From Azolla caroliniana (lineage: Eukaryota > Plantae > Polypodiophyta), in NCBI GenBank assembly GCA_043228905.1, contig JBHGNT010001091.1:1-12171 (forward strand): a DNA stretch of 12,171 bases, written 5' to 3'. Under the pieces are notes generated by a model. That model searched no databases. It saw nothing but the letters and a program-made list of their open reading frames with translations, and was not told where the DNA came from. Of this stretch, positions 1 through 8,077 are shown one piece after another; the stretch's first letter is position 1; the number at the start of each line of letters is the position of its first letter. Position numbers and translations under genes: made by a program.

Positions 1-2600
1 AGGACAGTCGTACGGCCGATGCTTTGGAAGAACACTAGCTTTGCCTTTGTCGAAAACATCAGCATAGTCTTGATATTTTTTAGGAATTTGGATGTCTGAA
101 TTCCCTTGAGTGACAGTAGGTCGAGACGTCAGGTAAATCAAATTCACTATGACAATAAAAATGAGTCCAACATTTTAGAAGCAGTTAATGAATCTAATAT
201 TATGAATAATCCACCCTTGTCCAATAAGTTTGAAGTTTGAAGTCCTAAGCCAATTAGAAGAGAAGTCAAACAAATAAGTACGACCAAAATAAGAGCGATT
301 TGGTTGGACAACCCTAGATATGTACAACCTAGTGTGGGTTCCATTTCTTCCAAGCATATTAGTAGAGTCTTCTCAACCCAAGTACAAGTTAGGACACTGA
401 GTTGTCAACTTCAAGTCCAAGCCCTCTTAGATATTGGAGCAAATTCTTGTTTCATGGATAGAGATTTTTCCCAAAAACACCAAATATCCTTGCATACACT
501 TCCTTGTCTAGTTTCTGTAGTAGTGATTGATGGACGTCCCATAGCTTCCGGGAAGATATTCGAAGAGTCTAAGCCAATGCACATACTCTTAGGTGATTTA
601 GGATGTGTAGTGTCCTTTAACATAATCCGTACACCTGAGCATCCAATTGTCCTCGGTTTGCCATGGTTCGAGCTACATAACCCTAGAATCGATTGGAGGA
701 AGCGAGAAATTTGGTTTCCTTCAGCAGAAAATATCATTGCCAAGGATCGAACTCAAGGTTATTCTCTTGAAGAATATAGTTCTACCAATGCACCATCTCC
801 TTTTCATCAAATTTCAGCCATCACATTGCAACAATGGCGCCAAGTGGGAGGCAAGGAGGACCTTTTCTTATTTGCAGTATCAGTGACACCTTCTGGTGCC
901 ACTCAAGGGAATTTAGACATCCAAATTCCCAAAAAATATCAAGACAATGTTGATGTTTTCGACAAAGTCAAAGGTCGTGTTCTTCCAAAGCATCAACCGT
1001 ACGAGTGTCCTATTGATCTCCAACTAGGAAAAGAGCCATTGTGGGTTCCAATTTACAATTTATCACCCATTGAGCTTGAGGTTGTTTGAGAATACATTGA
1101 GGAAAATCTTGCACATGGTTTTATTCGACATTCAAAGTCTCCAGGTGGTGCTCCTATCTTTTTTGTGAAGAAAAAGGACGGCTCCCTTCGTTTGTTCATG
1201 GACTATCGAGGCTTAAATAAAGTCACCATAAGGAATAAGTATGCTCTACCTTTAATCTCCAGTCTCTTAGAACACATTGGTGGGGCAAAGCATTTTACCA
1301 AAATTGATCTAAGGGGTGCATATAATCTTGTTCGAATTCGAACGGGAAATGAGTGAAAAACTGCATTTCGTACTCGATATGGTCATTTCGAGTATATAGT
1401 CATGCCTTTCAGGCTCACAAATGCACCCGCAGTATTTCAACATATGGCAAATGACATTTTCCGGGATTTCTTGGATATATTTCTCATCATCTACCTAGAT
1501 GATCTGTTGATTTACTCTAAAACACAGGAGGAGCATGATATACATGTGCAGAAAATACTTGAATGCCTAAGAAAGTATGGTCTTAATGCCAAACTTGAGA
1601 AATGCAGTTTTGATTGCAAACATGTCAAAATTTTGGGATACACTATTTCATCCAAAGGTATTTTCATGGATCCAGCAAAAGTTCAAACAATATTGGAATG
1701 GAAACCCCCATGCTCAGTTCGGGATGTCTAGTGTTTCCCCGTATTTGCGAACTTCTATCGCAAATTCATACGTAATTATTCAAGGATTGTGTTCCCCCTC
1801 ACCCAACTCACCAAGAAAAATCAAGCATTTTTTTGGAGTATCGAAGCGGACAAGGCTTTTACTCAGCTAAAAGAGGCATTCACATCAGCGCCTATCCTAA
1901 CGCATATTGATCCCGAAAAGCTATTTACTATTGAGGTAGATGCGTCAGACTTCACATTGGGGAGTATCCTATCGCAACCAGGTGAAGACGGGCAGACTCA
2001 TCCAGTCGCGTTTCATTAGAGAAAATTTATTGTTTCGGAGATAAACTATGAGGTGCATGACAAGGAGTTACTAGCTGTGGTCAACTCATTCGAGCAATGG
2101 CGTCATTTTCTAGAAGGATCGCCTCATTAGATTATCATTTATAGTGATCACAAAAATCTCACATATTTTCAAATAGCTCAAGTATTAAAGAGAGGACAAG
2201 CTCAATGGGTCCAATTTCTAACGTGCTTCGATTTCAATATCATTTTTCACCCTGAAAAACAACAAGGGAAAGCAAATGCTTTGTCCCAACGTTCATATCT
2301 AGCTCTTCGACCTGGTGATGTGGCCTTTGATAATCAAAAGCAGATTCTCCTCGGTCCATCAAAGCTACAGGCAACAACAATTTATGCCACGCCACTTGAT
2401 TCTAGCCTTCTTGTGACTATTCGGCAACAACTTCACTCTAATGATTTCGCTAAGGATGTCTTAGCCCACATTGGTTCAAGTCCTCCATCTTGCTCTTCTA
2501 CAAGAATCTCCTTTACGTCCATGACGGATCACCCCAACTTCAAGTGTAAGAACATTGTCATGATGCCCCCATGGCTGGACATTTTGGTATTGCCAAGTCC
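1..2600 (+). mobile_element. Element A: decayed, truncated Ty3/gypsy LTR retrotransposon (chromovirus-type pol, Tcn1-like by motif recall)
   Basis: Domain order PR-RT-RH-IN is diagnostic of Ty3/gypsy. No LTR is visible; the 5' part is outside the window and coding similarity stops at about 2600. Confidence 0.9.
304..2600 (+). pseudogene. pol: pol polyprotein pseudogene of element A (aspartic protease, RT, RNase H, integrase zinc-finger start)
   Basis: ORFs at 304, 1165, 1402, 1789 and 2281 share one frame, broken by stops at 1087, 1354, 1729, 2017 and 2128. Protease ALLDIGA (D at 430) and VLGLPW...NPRIDW; [28 protein letters not shown] (1492-1503); RNase [23 protein letters not shown]. After a frame change near 2505 comes LLYV...HCHDAPMAGHFGIAK (integrase HHCC first half), then similarity ends. 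Confidence 0.93.
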
Positions 2601-2812
2601 ATTAGCTGGTGCAACACTCATACCAACCACTTAAGTTCATGTGAATGCACTTTTCCTTCACATTTACTTGGACTTAATGATTTACTCTGAGAAATCGGGT
2701 ATATCAATGGAACACAAGTGTCATGAACACATGACCATTATGGTGTCACCCGGACTTGAACCCCGAACCTTGTAATCCATAATTGAAAACCTCAACCATT
2801 AAGATAGCTTAT
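2601..2812 (-). mobile_element. tRNA-derived SINE-like element or tRNA retropseudogene with downstream body
   Basis: The minus strand 2812->2741 reads ATAAGCTATCTTAATGGTTGAGGTTTTCAATTATGGATTACAAGGTTCGGGGTTCAAGTCCGGGTGACACCA. It has an A-box-like TATCTTAATGG (2806-2796), a B-box GGTTCAAGTCC (2762-2752), tRNA-like spacing and a terminal CCA. Acceptor and anticodon stems do not pair. The left boundary is inferred only from where element A coding ends. Confidence 0.55.
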
Positions 2813-2949
2813 TGTCATATGAGAGCATAAAAGCTACTTTTTGTATTACATTGATTATTGTAAAAACTCTAGATCATCTAGACATTCTAGAAATCTCTAA
2901 GCTATTATCTAAGGGCATACATGTATTCTCAAATAAATTCGAATCAACA
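2813..2949. repeat. Possible short solo LTR or LTR remnant (137 bp)
   Basis: Begins TGTCA and ends CAACA (TGT...ACA), AT-rich, with TCTAGA at 9-bp spacing (2868, 2877, 2886). Flanks CTTAT and CTAGT match only 3/5, so a target-site duplication is not established. Confidence 0.35.
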
Positions 2950-2989
2950 CTAGTCTTTAGCTCTCATTACATATCTTGTATCCATTCTC

Positions 2990-5860
2990 TTTCTTTCTCT
3001 ATCTTAATACACCCATTCTTCTCTTAGCATACCTTGGTTTTTTAATAAAAACCCTTCTTTGTCCATTGATTGGGTTAATCACTCAATCACATTTGAACTT
3101 AATAATTGTAAACATTTTATTCAATGTTCCAAACTTCCTTCTCGTTTACTTGTGTCTTGTAAAACTTTAAGTTAGTATTCTAGTTCATTAATTTATTCGT
3201 GTGTAATTGATCCCGCGCTTCAATTCTATTATTTTAATCTTGATGCCACAAAATTACTAAATTATGAACGACAATTACTCGACTCTATTTTAGACGATTT
3301 GCAAGACATGTTTCCTAATGAATTGTCGCTTACTTTATCACCAAAACGTAATGTGAACCACCAAATTGAACTCATCCCTCGTGCTGCTCTTGTGAGCATT
3401 CCACCTTATTGACTTAGTCAATTAGAAGAGAATGAGATTGCAAAACAACTTAAGGAACACTTGAATATGGGTCACATTAGGTATAGTAAATCACCGTGGG
3501 GTGCGCTAGTTCTATTAGTTAGGAAGAAGGAAGATTCATGGCGAATGTTTATCAATTATCGTTGTTTGAATAAAATGACAATTAAAAATGCATATCCGTT
3601 ACCATGCCGATGATTTGATTAATCGTTTGCATGGGACCCGATATTTTTCGAAAATTGACTTACGAACAAGTTATCATCAGATTCGCATTGCCGAGGATGA
3701 TATTCCTAAAACCGCTTTTCGTACACGCTATGATCATTATGAGTTTTTGGTCATGCCTTTCGGGTTGACTAATGCTCCGGCCACATTACAACAAGCGATG
3801 AATGACGTTTTCCAAGAACAAGTCGGAGATTTTGTTGTCGTCTGCTTGGATGATATTCTCATATATAGCCATACCTTGCAAGCTCATGTTTAACATGTTC
3901 GATTTGTTTTGCAAAAGTTGCGTGACAACTCTTTCTATGCAAAACATTCAATGTGATTTTTTCCAAAAATGTATTGTGTACCTAGGTCATTTAATTACAG
4001 AAAATGGCGTTGAAATTGAACCTTCTCGTATTGAAAAGGTTAAACTTTGGCCCATTCCTCGTAATATTCGTGAACTTCAATCATTCTTAGGATTTGTTGG
4101 AGTTTTATGAAAATCAATTCGTAACTATTCCAAATTGACTACGCCATTAACTGACCGTTTAAAAGGTCATCCACGTAAGTTTGTCAAACCAATTTCCTGG
4201 AATGAAGAACTTGACACATCATTTGAGACACTCAAAGAGCATGTTTGTCAGGCTCCAACTCTTCTATTACTAGACCCTTCCAAGCCTTTCTCAATCGAAA
4301 CCTATGCTAGTGATTACGCTATTGGTGCCGTACTTTATCAAGGTGGTCACCCTATTGCTTTTGAAAGTAAGAAGCTTGATGTTGCTCAATCATGGTATTC
4401 GGTTAAAGAGAAATAGTTGTTCACGGTAATACATGCACTAAAAACATGGAAGCATTATCTCTATGGAAATCAATTTGTGGTTACAATGGACCATCAATCC
4501 TAAAAGTATTTTTGTGACCAACCAGATCTTGTTGGTCGTAAAGGCCGTTGGGCTAACCTTAGGCAAGATTTTGGTTTTTCCATACGGTATCACAAAGGTT
4601 CTATGAACACTATTGTAGATGGTCTTAGTCGCATTAAAGAAGTTAACATGCTTTCTTAGCTTCACGTAAATAAAATTTGATCTTTTAGATCACCTTCGTA
4701 GGAAATACCTTGATGACAGTTATTTCTCAAAATATTGAACGAAAGCCGAATGTGGTTTAGATGCCGTTACTAGCACCCTACCCTCGAAGGCGACCTTTCA
4801 CATTACAAACGGTTTGCTCTACCGTAGTGGAAAGGCCTGTGTTCCAGATTTACTAAACATAAAACAGAAAATTCTCCATGAACGTCATGATGCACCATCT
4901 ATTGGTCATCTTGGAATACAACACACACTCGTTCTCATCTCGAATACTTTTTTCTGGCCTAAGATGCACTATGACTTGCATAAATATGTGACTCAATGCT
5001 TACAATGTCAAATTAATAAGTCGAAACGACTTAAAGCTGCTGGTCTTTTACATCCCTTAGATATTCCCAACAACAAATGGGAAAGTATCTCGATGGATTT
5101 TAGTGTTGGTTTACCTCGTACACAAAGGGGTCATGATGCCATTTGGGTTGTCGTTGACCGACTAACAAAATTAGCTAGAGTTATTCCAACCAAAACCATA
5201 GTTACCACTCAACAATTGGCTTATCAATTTGTTGATGAGTTATTTCATTTTTATGGATTACCGATGGATATTGTTAGTGATCGAGATTCGAAGTTTACTA
5301 GTGACTTTTTGACTCAGGTCTTTAAGAAGCTAGAAACTGCGTTGAGCATGAGTTCCATAGATCATCCTCAGTCTGATGGATAAACTAAACAAGTTAATCA
5401 ACTTATTGAGGACATGCTTCGAGTTTATGTAGCAAAAACCACTTCCAAGTGGGAGCAATACCTTCCTATCTTAGAATTTTCCTATAATATCTCAAAACAT
5501 ACATCCACTGGATATAGTCCTTTTATGTTGATGTATGGTTTTCAGCCATGTGCCCCAGTCGATGTTATGATTCATTGTGATACATTAGATAGTACACGCA
5601 TTTTTTTGCAAGAAATGAACCAAATGTTGCATATTGCCAAAGAAAATGTCAAGACAGCTCAAGATCGTGCTCGATTTTATGCTAATCAAGATGGACGTCC
5701 TCGTGCATTTACTATTGGTCAAAAAGTTTTTTTGCGTATCCCTACTGACTCTATGTCATTGTAAACGAGCAAGTGCGCTAAGTAAGCCCCACGACATTGT
5801 GGCCCATATGAAATCCTTAAGCGACTTGGGTCATCTACTTATCACATTGCCTTACCTCGT
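2990..5860 (+). pseudogene. pol: Element B: heavily decayed Ty3/gypsy pol (protease C-terminus, RT, RNase H, integrase), interrupted at 5860 by element C
   Basis: LSIPWF...NPSLSIDW (from 3023; protease C-terminal LG.PW motif) is in frame with HQIELIP..PPY*LS..SKSPWGA..VRKK..KNAYPLP. Frameshift near 3604; [26 protein letters not shown] (3843-3854, YLDD mutated); frameshift near 3950. RNase H ETYASDYAIGAVL..HPIAFESKKL. Integrase HDAPSIGH..CLQC, SMDF, SDRD, HPQSDG*T, and CGPYEILKRLG..YHIALP ending near 5857. Start coordinate is approximate. Confidence 0.92.
4814..5860 (+). pseudogene. Integrase domain of element B (HHCC zinc finger, catalytic core, GPY/F)
   Basis: ORFs 4814-5383 and 5414-5764 are in the same frame, separated by TAA at 5381. 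The usual DGQTERVN reads DG*TKQVN, so the catalytic Glu is lost. Confidence 0.9.
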
Positions 5861-6481
5861 TGTCGAGGTATTCCTCGCGGATGCGTGGAATGAGGCGCAA
5901 CCTCGAGGGTCTTGTACCGAAGAGCAAGAGACAAAGGAGAAGGGAAGGGACCCACTACGAGTGGGCGTAGATTCACAGGGACACGGCCCTTCGACACAAA
6001 GACGCGAGTGGGACACGACGCAGAGAGACACGAATGTATGTATATATATATTAACAAGGACAAGCAACAAGAAGCACGAAGTCGGTTACAACCGAACAGG
6101 CCAGCGAACAGATGTTGATGCCTGTTCGTAAACGCTCAGAAAGAAAGGAGTAGGTGGGAGGTGCTGCCGGAAGCACTCGGGCATTCCTCAGAGTAGCGCG
6201 AGCCTCCCCAAAACCCTGCACAGAAAGAAGCTACGGAGTATGGAAGAGAGAGAAGCCTTCGGTCCGCAACCCGACAGCACTTCGTCCTCTCTCCGCGCGA
6301 TCCCTCACTCCTCCTCGTCTCCCTCCTTTTATAGGCAAGAAAGGAGCCGTTTCCCATTAACTACCTACCGGATCTACCTACCTAGGATCTTCTATGTACT
6401 ACATAAGACGCACGTGCATGAAGAGCCGGTTCCTACGCTCCGGTACACCGATTCCGCTTGTGGACGGTTTTCTTCACGACA
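5861..6481 (-). repeat. 3' LTR of element C (621 bp)
   Basis: On the minus strand it starts TGTCGTG directly after the PPT and ends CCTCGACA, giving a 5-bp terminal inverted repeat TGTCG/CGACA. Its end coincides with the interruption of element B integrase. The second LTR is not in the window for confirmation. Confidence 0.88.
6327..6333 (-). promoter_or_regulatory. TATA box in LTR U3
   Basis: Minus strand GCCTATAAAAGGAGGG, about 150 bp inside the LTR start, the expected location for the Pol II promoter of an LTR. Confidence 0.7.
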
Positions 6482-6494
6482 TCCGCCCCCACCT
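6482..6494 (-). other. Polypurine tract (plus-strand primer) of element C
   Basis: Minus strand AGGTGGGGGCGGA directly abuts the TG of the LTR, 60 bp after the integrase stop. Confidence 0.85.
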
Positions 6495-6554
6495 AACCGC
6501 GCATCCACCGGCATGCGCCAAATTGAGTTGGGACGGAGAAAACCGGTCCAGCCT

Positions 6555-7622
6555 TCATTCCCTGCCCGTCGGTTCTTCCTCGGTTTCGGATCGTTCGTCG
6601 TCGTGGTCCAGGTTAACCGGATCCGGCTCGTCGTCGTGACGCTTCTTGAACGCTTTGATCTGCTTCCCAGCTACCGGTATCGCCATTCTCGTGCCGTCGA
6701 GCTCCGCCAGATGGTACGTCCCGTTGTCGTTGGCGCTTTGTACCACGTAAGGCCCGAACCACCTTCTCGCGAACTTCCGTGTCGCTCGGTGCTGGTTGTC
6801 GAGGCTGTTGTCGTAGACTAGCACCCAGTCGCCTTCCTCGATCTTCTTTGGTCGGAGCCGGTGCGTCCGGTCGTACCGGGCTTTGTTCCTCGTCCTTGCC
6901 ACCCGAAGCTTTCCCGCAGCCTGCTCCACGTCCTCCGGTCTTCGCTCGAGCTGTCGTATGCGCGCCGCCAATAGTTCCTCCCGGCTCATCTCGTCTTTCC
7001 AGTCCACGGTTGCCCATGAGGAGATCGTACGTTCCATCGGCATGATCGGCTTCTGCCCAAACATGAGCTCTGCCGGCATGAATCCGGTTACCGAACTATG
7101 CGTAGTTCGGTCCGCCCACAACGCGTAAGGCAACAGCCGCGGCCAGTTCCCGACTTGACCTCTGCATGCCTGAACTAACGCCTTGACGATCGGTCCATGT
7201 CCGCGCTCCACCTTCCCATTCGCCTCCGGATTGTACGAAGTGGTAAGCGAGAGCTTGACTCCTAGCCGGTCGAACAGCTCCTCGACCTCTTCGGCATCCA
7301 ACTCCCCGCGATCAGCCACGATCTTCCCGACGCACCCGTACCGGCATATCACGTCCTCAATCAGGAACCGACATACGGCCGCAGTCGTTTTGTTCTGAAG
7401 GGCTCGGCCTTCCACCTGGTTCGTCAAATCTTCCCGAGCCAGGACCAGATACCACATCTGTCCTACTCCCATCGGCATCATCACCAGATCTACCATCCAT
7501 TTGAAGTGGATGGTCGGAGGGTACGTAGGGTGAAGCTCATCCCGATGTCGTACTATGGAGTGCATCTGACAGCTCTCGCAAGTTGTCACGAACCGATGCA
7601 TTCCCGGTACAGTCCCGACCAC
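6555..7622 (-). CDS. Integrase of element C (CC half of zinc finger, DDE core, GPY/F; no chromodomain); fragment of disrupted pol
   Basis: CESCQ, WMVDLV (D), VADRG (D), YNPEANGKVERGH (E), WFGPYVV, short acidic tail. Joined to the upstream frame by a 1-bp loss near 7602 (WWSGLYR / HRFVTTC). Confidence 0.9.
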   Translation of the reverse strand: MVGTVPGMHRFVTTCESCQMHSIVRHRDELHPTYPPTIHFKWMVDLVMMPMGVGQMWYLVLAREDLTNQVEGRALQNKTTAAVCRFLIEDVICRYGCVGKIVADRGELDAEEVEELFDRLGVKLSLTTSYNPEANGKVERGHGPIVKALVQACRGQVGNWPRLLPYALWADRTTHSSVTGFMPAELMFGQKPIMPMERTISSWATVDWKDEMSREELLAARIRQLERRPEDVEQAAGKLRVARTRNKARYDRTHRLRPKKIEEGDWVLVYDNSLDNQHRATRKFARRWFGPYVVQSANDNGTYHLAELDGTRMAIPVAGKQIKAFKKRHDDEPDPVNLDHDDERSETEEEPTGRE

Positions 7623-8077
7623 CAGTACTTCCCCTTTATCTTCTCAAACGTGGCCCACGTTCCACGGTGTCCAGCCCAAGGGCTGTCGTGGTAGGCCGTC
7701 AGCAGCTCCTCCTGTTCTTCCTTCATCGCCACCACCCGGAGCGGGACGCCGTTCCTCTTCTTCAGGTGCTTCCATGAGTATCCGTCCCGGAGAAAGAATC
7801 GGTATGCTTTCTTCCGGATCCGGTTGGCCTCGTCCCTCGTCCACGACGCATCCGGCGTCATTGTCCTCAAGAAACCACCGATCTGGATCCACTCGCCGTC
7901 GTACTTGCTCTCGTCGAAGCCGTTAAGCGCCGGAGCGCTCGTCCCATCGGTCGTCACGTACGATGCCTCGAAGAAGTCCACGCCGACTTCTTCGTCCTCC
8001 GAAACCATGCCGCCCTCGTCATCAAACCTCGCCCTCGAAAGCATGTCGGCCATGGCGTTGTCCTTTCCGAAAATGTG
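7586..8077 (-). CDS. pol fragment of element C: RNase H end, linker and HH half of integrase zinc finger
   Basis: In frame with 8078-9913 across one TGA: DPEI*HIFGKDNAMADMLSR. Later AYHDSPWAGHRG..KYWW. Confidence 0.85.
   Translation of the reverse strand, partial: HIFGKDNAMADMLSRARFDDEGGMVSEDEEVGVDFFEASYVTTDGTSAPALNGFDESKYDGEWIQIGGFLRTMTPDASWTRDEANRIRKKAYRFFLRDGYSWKHLKKRNGVPLRVVAMKEEQEELLTAYHDSPWAGHRGTWATFEKIKGKYWWSGLYRECIGS

Noticed and set aside
2741-2758. TGGTGTCACC as primer-binding site of element B
   Set aside because: It is not preceded by an LTR-ending CA, and tRNA complementarity extends about 70 nt rather than 10-18 nt; no gag follows.
2741-2813. Functional tRNA gene
   Set aside because: Acceptor and anticodon stems do not pair and no oligo-T terminator follows; kept only as a tRNA-derived repeat.
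2812-3170. Hydrophobic ORFs 2812-3027 and 2976-3170 as membrane or env-like proteins
   Set aside because: They are T-rich off-frame readings; the meaningful frame here encodes the protease C-terminus of B.
6035-6051. (TA)5 and TATG run in the LTR as a distinct repeat feature
   Set aside because: Too short; ordinary low-complexity LTR sequence, possibly near the 3' processing region.
5634-6131. 165-aa ORF crossing the B/C junction as a possible chimeric gene
   Set aside because: It is out of frame with B integrase and runs into the antisense LTR; no motif supports it.
6495-6600. Chromodomain or env-like ORF after element C integrase
   Set aside because: Integrase ends in a short acidic tail and only 60 bp separate its stop from the PPT.
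7595-7610. Frame change in element C integrase as a programmed frameshift
   Set aside because: It splits the HHCC zinc finger and has no slippery heptamer; best read as a 1-bp deletion or sequencing error.
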